This document shows, piece after piece, positions 50,301 through 60,940 of a stretch of DNA of 64,000 nt. The stretch spans positions 2,493,476-2,557,475 of the forward strand of contig JBJCIZ010000239.1 of NCBI GenBank assembly GCA_051294375.1, in the 5' to 3' direction. Position numbers and translations under genes: made by a program. The notes below the pieces were generated by a model. The model had not been told where the DNA came from. It saw only the letters and a program-made list of their open reading frames with translations, and searched no databases. Origin of the DNA: Paraspadella gotoi. Lineage: Eukaryota > Animalia > Chaetognatha. Numbering within the stretch: position 1 is the first letter of the stretch; every line of letters begins with the position of its first letter.

Positions 50301-53300
50301 TCGGCGCGATCCACGTCGGCGACGGGGATTCCCGCGTGTGAGACGGCGCCGTATTGATGTCCGGTACCTCTGGCGCCGCTGGGATAAACGCCGCTGAGAG
50401 GCGGGAGACGGCGGTGACCGGGTGTACGTCGGCCTTCCATTCTCGACGATGAAAAAAAAAAATTTATCTTTCAAATGAAGAATGAGTAAACTACCTATAT
50501 GTCGATTTAAAAGAGTTGACCTAAGAGGGAGCAACCAATTAACTGCATGTGCCATGGGGTAATCGTAGCATTTTTTGAGAGGCGGCGAATTAAAAATAAA
50601 TTGTATTTTCTATTGTTCCCTTAGTGTAAGTTCGAAGTTTTTAAGTCAAATAAACCTATAGATAGGTTCTAGAATGCGTCCCTCTTCTCTTCCTGCACTC
50701 CTCGCCCCCACCGGCCACATCAGAGCGATGCAGCGAGTGCGGGGTCCTGTCCGAGTCCTACACGGACGAGGTCATTGGCCTCTGCATCGTCTGCATGGGG
50801 ACCTTCGTTCGCCGCGAACCCGCGGTGGCCGCCCCTCAGATGCTCGACATGTTGAAGGTGGTCTCTCGCGTCGCCTCCGCCAACGTTTACGCCTGGAAGA
50901 CCGACAGCAACGTCATCATCCCCGGCAACAGTCAGGTGATCCTCGTTGTTGGGATGTCTGAAGCCAAAGTTGGGACAACAGTCGAATTCCCCTTCGTTAA
51001 CAGAGCGTCGCCAAGCAATTTATCCGGTGCATCCTTCATCAACTCGCGCCCAACGGGATCTTCCCGCAACTTTTTCAAACAAATTTAGAATATGAAATCG
51101 ATTTCATGAAGGTAGGGAGAATGTAAGATGATTTTCCGGTTGTGTGTGGCCCGGGATGCCATTTATCTTGTGTACGCGAAACCATGGATACCCGAAAACT
51201 TTTTTTCGCGGAATTATTTAAATTCAGTTATTATTGTAATTTTTAAATAATAAAATATAATAATTATATTGAAAACAATACTTCTGTTATTTTTCTAGAC
51301 GATGGCGGACGCGTTAATGGACTTTAACGATCTAAATTATCTCAACGCCCTTCAGGTTTTTATTATACATTGGGATCATGAACGAAGTTCTATCAAGAAA
51401 GTATTTTTCTGAATGTCTTGAACTTTTCTTTTGGTTGTATCAAAAGTTCCTTCCTTATATAAACAACTAACAAAATGTTTATTATTTCAGCTGTTGTTCG
51501 AGGGCCTCAACAGTCGCAAAACCATTTCCACGGATCATCTTCCATACATTCTTCAAAATCTAAGCGACTACTTGGATTGCATTCCGTTGGAAACTCCATC
51601 TTCCCTTTGGAACAACATTTTGACCGGCAAGAAAATGAATTTTGGTGGAGAAACCGATTGACTCAAGACTACATTAGTCTTTTGTTTATCTATTCAGAGT
51701 TCGAAGCTTTTCTTCGTCGCATTCTCCTTTTGTTTCCATCCTGCGCCGCCTGCGACGTCGATGTCGTTTGCAAAATCCTCACCGCGGTTCTCAAGATTCC
51801 CTCGGTCACGTCTTTCAGGGGAATCCTGGAACCTCTCTCCAAGATCCTCAGCTTTGCCATCCAGGTTCCATGATTTTTTCCTTTATTTATTATTATTTTT
51901 TTATTTGTCTTTTTTAATAAGAGAATTCCTTCGTAGAGCTGGCCTCTGCGACTGGAACGACTTCTCGAAATGACATCCCTCTGCAACCGGGTATTCACTA
52001 AAGAACGAGACAAACTCTTCCTCACGCGATGCATCATTTTGGAATTGATACAGGTAAGTTATGGTGCTGCTTATGGATGGGGAAAGAATCTATCTTTTTC
52101 TTATTTTTTTTATTGTGGATCAGGCTCTGAAGTTCAAGTCGCTTCCCACCGACGAAAACATTTTGTTGTTGGTCCAATTCGTGGTGATGGACGCCGGGGG
52201 ATCGATCCTCGTCAAGGGCAGGGGAGCCGGAAGTGGGCGTGACGAGGACGACCCGTTTCACATCAGTTCCGCTCTTCACGTCAGTAACGATGAGAGCTTA
52301 TATTTGCTAGTTAATTTGAATAGATATTAATTAATTAATATTAATTAATATTTCCGGAATTTATTTTTGCAAACACTCCTTTTTTTCTCTCTTTCTTTTA
52401 TTTTCTCCGTTTCCTCTCATTTTATTTTCTCTCTTTTTTCATTATAATTTTACAGTTCTTTTTTCGTTTTTCATAAACATTAATAATTAGGATTTGAACT
52501 AATTATTACAGTCGCATTCTTTTTGTGTAAAGGCCCAACAAATCATGACCGCAGCCGCCGAGTGCATGCGTCCACACATGAACGAAATTATAGATTTCAT
52601 TTCCGACCTACATATCATAAATAAGTAAGTTTAAAACGCGTCGTAAGAGTGAAATCCTGAAGGGTATCCTGTTAAAGGTTATTCAATTAATTTTAATTAA
52701 TTAATTTCAATTAATTTTAATTTATTCAGAGTCAAAAGCAACATTAAAGGCGGAGGAAGCGTGAGTTTGAACGAGGACACCCTCGGTGGCCAGCTGAAGG
52801 CCGGTTTGGCGCAGTTCGTCGCTTTGGAAATCGCCAAGGCGAGTTGTCGCGACAAAAAGGCCATTATCAAGTACCTACCGTGGTTGTACCATCCTCCTTC
52901 CACCGTGCAACAAGGGTAATTGTAAAAAATATATTCATTTTTGTCAATCCTTTTTTAAAAAAAAGTTGTTTAATGTTGCGTTAATCAATTGTTATTAATG
53001 TTATAACGTATTTATCTTAGAAGACAGGTTTAACTGTTCATTATTTTTTGGGTCCTAGTCCGCGGGAGTTCATCGAATGCGTTGGTCATATTCGTTTGTT
53101 ATCTTGGCTGCTTCTTGGTTCGTTAATGTACACCGCCATGCACAAGACTCCGGGGGGAATGGCCGCCATTCCGGCCTATGGATCCGGCGCACTGCCCTCT
53201 ACGGGTCAGCATTTTTTTGACAGCGATCAAGTCAAAAAAAGAAATATCTCATTTTTGGGTTTGGCTCCTTTTTTTTTAGGGGGAGCGTGTCATCCAGTTC

Positions 53301-55465
53301 CGTTGGAAGCCAGCTCGCATCTTGCCGATTTCGTTTTGGTAATCATGACGGGATTTGCGGAACAATCCAAGGACGCCTCCGTTCTCCACATGTCATCTCT
53401 CTTTCACGCTTTCATTCTCTCGCAGGTTTGTCGCTTCGGGAGCTCGAAATTTGTTATTGTTGTTGAAGTGGTTGTTAAAGATCAGTCATTTAAAAAAAAA
53501 GAAAAAAAGTGCTTAACGTCATCGTATATAGTACTTAAAAAAAGCCGACCTCTTCTTGAGCTAGATATCAATTTAAGACCATGTAAATCAGACTTTTATA
53601 CTCTAGATTTAATTAAATTTGTTCCTTTTTTTGGTGTCAACGTAGTTATGGACAATGTATTGCGAGGAAGCGGCGTTGCAAACCGCACCACATTCAGAGG
53701 CGAAAAAATATGCAAGTGGAATTATCCTGGAATTTTGGGGCCGCGTCACACCGGGAATACTCCAACTCCTTTCTCACTCCAAAGTGGTAAAAATAATTTT
53801 AAAAATTAATCGATTTTTCCTACTTAGTACTACTAGACAAAAAATAACCATGGTCATGCTCTATATCAAATGATCCTAATCTTTCTTTTGGTTGTTATTT
53901 TAATGATTTACAACAATTAGTTTTTACTTTATTCGATATGATTATTGATCAATAGTTTTTAAACGATGACTCCAAAAAAACTGAAATTTTTTTTTATAAT
54001 AAGGATGGCTTAAAATGCTCTTATAACCATAAAAGATGCCGAATTCTTTATCATTGTGTCGATATTAGCCTTTAGAAAATGCACTTTTAAACGCATAATA
54101 TGTTTTTTTAAAAATTACTTAAAATTACTCCATAACCTGTATATATTTGGTTTGATGCGGCAATAGGACCGTAGTATTTTACAGGTATCTAGCATATATA
54201 CGTACAAAGATTAAAATCCGTTTTCGGACATCACTTTTGAAAAAATTCATAACTCATTTGTGAAAGTACCTGTTTCAATTTATTTTACAAGGAGATTATG
54301 AAAAGATTGACTTTGTCGTAAGTGCTCTCCATACTGTAATTTAAAAAATATATTTGAAAAAAATTTGGTAAATAAATAGTAAAATAAATAAATGTGAAAA
54401 ACACATTATGAAGGACCAAATTGAAGTGTCAAAATATCTGTGTTACTTGTTTTTGTCGCAGTTTGGAGAGAACTAAATTCAAATAATAATAAAAATTTCG
54501 GCTTGAATGTGGAATGAAAGCATGCTTCCCAATAAAAATAATACATTATTGTATACACCTAAGATACCTTGAATTTTGTACAGAATTGTACAGCTTGAAA
54601 TATTGTATTTTAAATTTAATGATTCCGATATTTCTTCCCAGCTCAAATTTAAAGTATGATAAGATAAACCTTTTATAAAATTTCGTATGCCTTGCCGGAT
54701 TGTTTTGACGTTTGTAATATGTTATGAAAGACGTAATAGCTGTTTATTTTCCGTTTCTTTTTTTTCTTTTTTAAGGAAACCCACTGTCTTAAAACATTTG
54801 AAAGATATGAAAATACACGTATAGATTTCATTCGGAATTTTTTTGTCTTTTAAATTCAATTCATTTTTTACAGCTTGCCGAAATGGTAAATATCCATTTT
54901 TTAAGCTTGATGGAGGCGTTACAAGAATGTAATTCGACTGTATTGTCTAAGGTAAATGTACAATGTACTGTAATTTGACGTAAATAAATTAAAAATGTAT
55001 GGTCTCTGTTTTTTATTTTAGCTTTTTCCAATGTGGGTTCCTTTACTATATGCTTATCACAACCAACTCCCTGGTCATCATCAGGTTCGGTTACAGGTAA
55101 GTTAAGAGGAAAACTAATCAATCGCAATTCAAACTTTTAAAATTAAATTCCAGGCTATATATAATTGGAAGCCACCCTCCGCCGATGGACTTGGGATGAT
55201 GAAACCACCTACGGCCGCCGAAAATACTTCGACCCCAGGTTAAAAAGCAATAACACCGAGTTACATCCTCTAAAAAAGGGAAACTTTTTCGAGTTTTTGA
55301 TGATCTTCAGGAGCGAAACCCAGTCCATCCACGACTAATGCGGCCAATGACTCTTCGTCGAATCCCCCGACCAACCTCCTTTTAAAGTGGTTACAACGTT
55401 TACAATTCAAACTTTCCCAAGTTGAGACTCAATGCTCGACGGCCACCCAATTTTTCACCGTTTAA
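18298..55465 (+). CDS. UNC79: UNC-79 (NALCN channelosome scaffold), more than 50 exons
   Basis: N-terminus MTTRAATFSAKIRSL.DY.HRV.HN..PLPTGADICNTLKYFS.TLL. Internal segments LLSRYGIWLMVELCSP, KVGGFWD..CSRV..IKEGLN.L.CLLPYD, QEQALQWLQ.LS.LDI.IP, SVAKQFIRCILHQLAPNGIFPQLF, LNEDTLGGQLKAGLAQ..ALEI and EFIECV.HIRLLSWLLLGSL. C-terminus LKWLQRLQFKLSQVETQCSTATQFFTV*. The central low-complexity exons (~42.4-47.3 kb) are less certain. Confidence 0.93.
22905..23060. mobile_element. Short decayed Tc1/pogo-type MITE
   Basis: Imperfect terminal inverted repeats CAGTCGCGCTCGGGTTTAACGAA and TTCGTTAAAGCGTGCTCGAACTG, followed by TA on the right side. Confidence 0.4.
24838..25043 (+). repeat. Dispersed repeat family R1; inverted copies at 49633-49800 and 39406-39478
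   Basis: GACTGTGAGAGAGTCTTGATTGAAAGCTTGCAGGGACCTGCTATGTCATTATC...GGGGCAAGATAGCTTATTTATTAAATGAATGGATAA has a near-identical reverse complement at 49633-49800. The end motif ATATTGGTTGTACCAATTTCAT also occurs near 16082 and 16205. Confidence 0.8.
26645..27838 (-). mobile_element. Second HINE-like element (family B) nested in opposite orientation, with (AG)n tracts
   Basis: Minus-strand start TTATCGAGCC followed by palindrome CGGGC-AAA-GCCCG. Minus-strand end GGCTCGAT followed by hairpin ATCTTGAG..TTTTAAGAT and a T-run. Confidence 0.5.
27346..27446 (+). mobile_element. tRNA-like SINE head (family S2)
   Basis: A-box-like TGGCGCCGCACG and B box GGTTCGCGCC; aligns to the reverse complement of 31553-31743. 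Confidence 0.55.
28696..29184 (+). CDS. UNC79: Putative alternative (cassette or alternative first) exon of UNC-79
   Basis: GC-rich open frame with in-phase acceptors (exon starts 28696 or 28705), GCCGCCATG at 28800 and a strong phase-1 donor T|GTAAGT at 29185. The phase matches the exon starting at 31106. Confidence 0.6.
31553..31743 (-). mobile_element. tRNA-like SINE head (family S2) carrying an extra ~87-bp structured segment
   Basis: Homologous to 27346-27446. The extra segment is bounded by a direct repeat CTGCT and inverted TTCAC/GTGAA ends. Confidence 0.55.
32085..32262 (+). mobile_element. Decayed SINE-like copy (family S1)
   Basis: Degenerate B box GTTTCAATCC plus the shared CAGTGACATGGGGTGGTCAC and GCCTTGAGCGCC motifs seen at 8241-8462. 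Confidence 0.5.
33460..33507 (+). ncRNA. Degenerate minimal hammerhead motif (A6C), same type as 10394-10439
   Basis: CTGCTGA-A-GACTC-GAATTCAAA-GAGTC-GAAA-CAT-GTC; stem II GACTC/GAGTC and palindromic ACATGT. Confidence 0.45.
34685..35460. repeat. 30-bp pyrimidine-rich minisatellite, about 26 copies, intronic
   Basis: Unit TTTTCGTCTTTTCTTAATCTCTTTAATCAC repeated with few substitutions and homopolymer indels. Confidence 0.95.
38689..39027 (+). repeat. ~170-bp tandem duplication spanning a UNC-79 intron/exon junction
   Basis: Copy 1 is 38689-38859 and copy 2 is 38861-39027. Both contain the acceptor CAAACAAAAG|GGAACA and the first 23 codons of the exon. Confidence 0.9.
47498..50440 (-). CDS. 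FAM221B: FAM221B-like protein, 7 exons (50087-50440, 49503-49613, 49254-49418, 48365-48528, 48189-48300, 47918-48032, 47498-47832), about 451 aa, nested in a UNC-79 intron
   Basis: Spliced translation includes ETGVYVSWR....DCQRVG...RCFCMHSLAQH, CACKAFAWVPSRPEEVGEFWLRKRRNFDPTTWRAMCKCKHSHEQH and FLCAACDKRWEVHETV, the FAM221 Cys/His domain. All intron phases are consistent. Confidence 0.88.
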
Positions 55466-56473
55466 TTTATAGTCGGTGTCAATGTGATTGCGTCGTAATT
55501 TATTATTAAAAAGTGACAAAATTTAGTCCTTGTCAGTTTATCGGATGGGAAAAAAATTTTGTAAAAAGAATCGTGACTAAGAAACCAACGCTTTTAGCTC
55601 GTATCGATAGCATTGGATCTGAAGCGCGAAATTCTTGTCGTCGTTTCATCACAATTCTGAATTGAACACGATTTGACAATAGACTCTTCGAATTTCAGAA
55701 TTAACGGGAAAGTCTTTTGGACGCAGCCTTTTGAACCGCATACAATTAATAAATTATCTATTTGGATTTGGCATTTCCATTAGTACTAGTAGTATCAGTA
55801 TTAATGCACTCTGGTATTGGCTACAGTAATAATGGGCAACGATGTTCAGTTGTTTATTTCTCGTCGCATCGAATTGGTTGGATGAAAGATGTCAGTCCCA
55901 AACTCTGATGACCACAAAAACCTCGCTCCACTGTCTCTGTCATCACAAATGTTTTGTTTTTGTTCCTTCTCCCTACGACCTGTTCTTAGTCACAATTTGT
56001 GACATTAATGCCAGAAGTTATGGCTTTATGTCAAGGGCTCAATTTAGTTTTATAAAGATTCTAAAGTTTAGTTCTTTAAATGATTTCTCTCCCTTTCTGG
56101 ATATATGGAAAATTCACTTAATGTCCGTATTCTTTTTTAAAAAGTCTATTTTCTGGAAATTATTATATTTAATTTATACGTTCTAGGCGAATTGAAAAGG
56201 AATAAAAAAAAATTTGTGTCAGTGAAAAGAGAAAAAATATATAATGAAGAGAAATGTACGTAGTAAAGTTTTCTATAAGCCATAATAACGATGCGATGAC
56301 GCTATAATTTTTCGCTTTCAATTAAAAACTCGTGGAATCGTCATTTGTAGCTCAAATGGAGCCAGAAATCGATGCGTTTTACTACAACCTGTAGCTCATC
56401 AATGGACCCAGCGAGTAGACTGAACCGGCCGTATTAATAATATGAATAATAATTGTTTCTTCGATATATCTAG

Positions 56474-57193
56474 ATGGGTAAGAATCCCGAGGACATGTCG
56501 CAGGAGGAACTCTGTCTCCGCTTGGATTCTTTGGTGGTGGAATTTTTCGAAAAACTCACCGAATTGGATTCGAAAAAATCCGCGATGGAGGCGAAGATGT
56601 CCGACGGGTTCATCAACCTCAGCAAGAGTCGCTACAACATGGGAGGAAATCGCGCAGCCGTCGGTCCAGCCCTTTACGATAAATCCATGACGGCGTCGGT
56701 CCGCGTCGCCCGGCGCGACGAGTCCGACTCGGCGCCCTTCGCTCTCATCCGGCGCGACTCGGTCGAGGACGCCGGCGACGCCCGGGACGAGGGCGTGAGG
56801 AAGCGGCGCGGTCCCGTCGAGTCTCCAGACTCCGACCCTCTCTCATCGACGATGGAGAAACGCGACGACACGATCGAAAATCTCGGCAAGGCCGTCCGCG
56901 ATCTACGCGTCTCGGCCGACGGAGCCATGGAGCTGCAGAGCATGGCGACCAAAGGCAAAGAGCCCGGAAGTCCGCGGCGGATGCCCTCCTCGCCGAATCG
57001 ATCGTCCAACGACCCGATTCGCTGGTTCGGGATTTTGGTGCCGCAGTCGCTCAAGACGTCGCAACAGAATTTTCGATCTTCTCTCGATCTCGCCGTCGAC
57101 GTGGCCAACTTGCAAGTGGAGATTGTTCGCCTTCAGGAAGATTATGAAACCGCGTTGGGATTAAAAACTAAATCTCGCGAGATCGAAGAGTGA
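56474..57193 (+). CDS. CCDC115: V-ATPase assembly factor CCDC115/VMA22, intronless, 239 aa
   Basis: LDSLVVEFFEKL..L...GFINLSKSRYNMG and DPIRWFGILVPQSLK.SQ..FR..L...V..ANLQ signatures. Confidence 0.9.
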   Translation: MGKNPEDMSQEELCLRLDSLVVEFFEKLTELDSKKSAMEAKMSDGFINLSKSRYNMGGNRAAVGPALYDKSMTASVRVARRDESDSAPFALIRRDSVEDAGDARDEGVRKRRGPVESPDSDPLSSTMEKRDDTIENLGKAVRDLRVSADGAMELQSMATKGKEPGSPRRMPSSPNRSSNDPIRWFGILVPQSLKTSQQNFRSSLDLAVDVANLQVEIVRLQEDYETALGLKTKSREIEE

Positions 57194-57398
57194 AGACTGG
57201 CCGGAGGATTTGACAATTTCCTTTCTCTTTATTTTCTTACGCCTTTGGATGGTGAAAGTGAGAAGATTTTGACTCGAATCGGTAGATCTGATGTAGTATA
57301 TTCCGCCATAACTTACGAGCCTTCAAAGCAATAAAATTATAAATACTATATAATGAATCAATTTATTTACGCTTTTTTACTGAACGTTTTTTATGAAC

Positions 57399-57692
57399 TA
57401 ATCGGCTTTACTTAAGTTTTAGTTTAATTTTGGTGAAAGTGATTGACAACGAATATTATGCGATTGTCATTGCCAACGTTAATTTAACAAATTTTAATTG
57501 GTTAAAGGGGTTAGGGAGTTAGGGAGGGGTTAGGGTTAAGGGCGATTTAGGTGTCGTTTGAGGTCAGGTGTGGTTTAGGGTTAGGGTAAATAGGTAATAT
57601 TTTTTTTTAAATTTAAAAAAAATAAGTATTTTTAAATGGTTTTTCAAAAGTCGCCATAACCGCGGTCGGCGAAAGAAAAATTAAGCCGATTA
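57399..57692. mobile_element. MITE-like element with TTAGGG subrepeats
   Basis: Ends TAATCGGCTT / AAGCCGATTA with internal GGTTAGGG repeats; the 3' ~110 bp match the reverse complement of 57805-57920. Confidence 0.6.
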
Positions 57693-57804
57693 AAGATTAT
57701 GAAGTTATTGAATCTCTCTGATTGAAAAGCATAATTTTGTATACAATGTTTGCATTTTGTTATCAGTGATTTAGAAAGGCCGAGAATTGTTTCAAAAAGT
57801 TTTT

Positions 57805-57982
57805 CAGGTAGAATTTTACTTTCGCCGAGCGAGGGTTTTGGCTTCTTTTGAAAAACCTTTTAAAAATACTTTTTTTTTTTAATTTTAAAAAAATATTACC
57901 TAATTACCCTAAACCCTCTTTACCGTAACCACCCTAACCTAAACCCCCCTTAACCACGGTCGGCGAAAGTAAAATTAACCCG
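57805..57982. mobile_element. MITE with ~23-bp terminal inverted repeats and CCCTAA subrepeats
   Basis: CAGGTAGAATTTTACTTTCGCCGA ... TCGGCGAAAGTAAAATTAACCCG. Confidence 0.7.
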
Positions 57983-58258
57983 TATTTCAATTATTAAGAA
58001 GGGCTTTAATTTTTTTGAAGCATAAAAGCCAGTTATGAGTCGAATATGTATTAAGTAATTTATAAAATTCCACTCCTTATTGTCATGATATACTTCAAGC
58101 CAGTTTTCAAGCCAGTCCATAGGCATTCGAGCAATATATCTATAGAGCGAAGTTTTTTACTTCTCTCTTTTTCAAATTTTCTAATAAGTAATATATTTTA
58201 TTTATTTATAAGTACAATCCGTTATTTCTATTACGTACCAAAAGTGAAGGACTCTGTT

Positions 58259-60721
58259 ATGGAGAGGCTGGAGCTTCCTCCTCCACCCGATGTCTCGAAG
58301 TCTCTTCGTTTCTTCCGATCTAACGCCATGTTCTGCGACGTACGCCTCTGGCCGTCTTCGACCGATGCCACAAACGCCGCTGCAGCAGCAGCAGCGGAGT
58401 CTCCCAAGTATCTTCTTGTCCACCGCGTCGTCCTCGCTGCGTCCTCTTCTTATTTTGCCAACACATTCAAGAATATCGAAGAAAAACAGGATATTTTTCT
58501 TCCTTGTTCAATTGACGGTAAATATCATCTTAAAAGTCATGCTTAATTTGTTGGACGGTTTCTTGCATATGTAATCTCTTGTTTTTTTTTTTTTGCAATA
58601 AGAAACGAAGAGACAAATGTTTTTTTTCCAAATTACAAACGAACAAGAACGGTAATTCAAATGTGTTGCGCCATGTGTATTTTCGTGACATGACATATCT
58701 TTTATTTCTTTTTAGTTTTAGGATTTTCTGAAGGTGGCGCTACCAGATTTGAGGATTTTTTCTGAACAAAAGAGCAAAGTATAGACAAAGTATATGCATT
58801 TTAACATAGGTGGGACCGACCGACAAACCGACCAAAGAGTGACTTATAAAGTTGCTCCACGAGTACTCGCAGCGCAACTAAAAACAAGTTTGAACAAACA
58901 ATGTTGGATCTGCAACTAAAAAAAAATTTCTCAACAGGTAACGTTCTGTCGTTTCTCCTCTCCTGGATGTACGGCCACCCTTCGGAAATTCAAAGGTCTA
59001 GCGATGCTCACAACATCTCATTTCTACAAAATGTGCTTGATGCCTCGCAATGTCTAGGAATAGTTAATTTAGAGGTATATCTCGAGAGTGTGCTCGACCA
59101 ATTGGAAAAAACCAAGCCGAAAGAGTTAGAGGACCAAAAGGGCATTTCCATAGTTGATGATGATCTTCAATTCGCTGCCACTTTGGATTGCGAGAGCGAC
59201 TCCGGAGGTAGAGGCTGCGACGCAGAAAACTCGATTGTCGAAACTAAAACCAAAATCTGTAATGAAGATTCGCATACTGAACCACAAATCTGTAATGAAG
59301 ATTCACATACTCAACCGCAATCGCAGGTTAAAAACGTTGAAGTTGGCAAGAACGAGTTAGAAAAAGTTTTCCAAGACTCGACCAAATTCCTTGTCCATAT
59401 TGAAAAAGAATGTGAAAAGACCAAAATTCCCACAAAAAGACGGAAGTATAAAAAGAAACGATTAGATTATAACCACGAAGACACTCCAGTAACATGCGAG
59501 AATTGCGGAGAGGTCGTCAAACAAGAAGCCCTAGAAATGCACAACAAATATTTTCACTCGAATTATCCACCAGACCCTTTGAAGAAATATCTTGCGAGAA
59601 ATCCCGTTGATCCAGTTTTAGTGAAGCACATTGTCGACAACACATTTCGATGTTCAGTCTGTGAGTTTTCTTTGTCCAAAGTCAAAAGCGAACAAACATT
59701 TTTTTCTAATTGCGCCAAGCATCTCTACAAAGCTCACAAAATATCCTCCAAATTCTTTCATCATCCTTGTCCCGTGGACGGCTGCAACTCAGGTGATGTT
59801 CTGCTTTACAAAGTTAAGTAACATTAAAGTGAATTCACCATGACCAATTTTTGTATCCTTTCAGTGTTTTTCAGCCGTGTTGCTTTGAATGCTCACTCGC
59901 GCAAGCGCAAGCACAAGAGTAAACGTAAAGATCCCATCAAACGCGTGAAAGTTGCCTGCGAAAAGTGTAACGTCGTCTTATTGAAAGAAAGTCTCAGGCA
60001 CCACAACTTAGTAAAGCACACTCAGCAAGGAAAGCATCCTTGCGAATTCTGCGAAAAGGTGTTTCCGAATGCCATATATCTAAGAACGCATAAGAAAATA
60101 TGTCACTTCCGAAAAAAAAGATTTGAATTAAAATGCGCTCATTGTAATTTTTGGGGTGTCAACAAAAAAAGCTTCGCTCATCATTGTTTTCGACGCCACG
60201 GAATCCTGTTAGAAGAATTCAAGATTTTTGCATGTCAAAGCTGTGATTACAAAAGCCCCTTGAAAAGAATTGTGACTCTGCACGAAAAGACGGTTCACCT
60301 TCAGTCGTTTGAGTTCAAGTGCGCGGTATGCGAGAAACCTTTTGCTACCAAAAGACGGATGAAGATTCACGTTGAAAGAGTTCACCAGGACTCTCAGGTT
60401 CGAGCCTGCGTCAAGTGCGGACTCGTCTTTCGAACCAATGCCGGAATGGAATATCATTTGTTGAAGATTCATCACATTGGGAAAAACGGGGCGAAAGCAG
60501 AAGACGACGAAGTCAGAATCAAAAAACCTTTCAAATGCGCCTATTGCTCTCACTCGTACTCCCTTCCGGGAAACGTCAAGAAACACTACAAGAACAAACA
60601 TCCCGATCGAACCGTTCGATACGTAGACTTGCGTAAGGAATTAAAGGCATCAAAGAATCGAAACGGCGAATTTGATGACAATGTCGTACCTGAATGTCCT
60701 TACTCAAATGGAACCAGTTGA
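58259..60721 (+). CDS. BTB/POZ plus multi-C2H2 zinc-finger transcription factor, exons 58259-58517, 58938-59792, 59865-60721
   Basis: BTB motifs FCDVRL...VHRVVLAASSSYF...LLSWMYG...VLDASQCLGI..L; about ten Cx2-4C..Hx3-4H fingers, for example CEFCEKVFPNAIYLRTHKKICH and CAVCEKPFATKRRMKIHVERVH. Confidence 0.88.
58775..58926 (-). mobile_element. HINE fragments: a family A 3' end fused to the 5' end of another HINE family
   Basis: The reverse complement contains GCAGATCCAACATTGTTTGTTCAAACTTG, then TTTTTAGTTGCG...GCAACTTTATAAGTCACT and (GGTC)n. Confidence 0.55.
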
Positions 60722-60940
60722 CTAAATTTTTTTTTAAATCTCTACCGAGTATTTTCACAGTTTGCGAAGCTTGATATACAAATCTGAATTATTTCTAGAA
60801 TTTGTAGGTACCTACACCAAATTATGAATTGAATTTTAGATTCCTACTTCGCGTATGACTATTGTCAGGCGGTAAGAATATTATGAAATCGGGCGCAACA
60901 GCGAAATGAAACACTTATCACAAATTTTTACTTCGTGAAG

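Noticed and set aside
55850-55960. Gypsy protease-like fragment (DRDSGARFL) on the minus strand
   Set aside because: Catalytic DTG motif absent; the match is too short.
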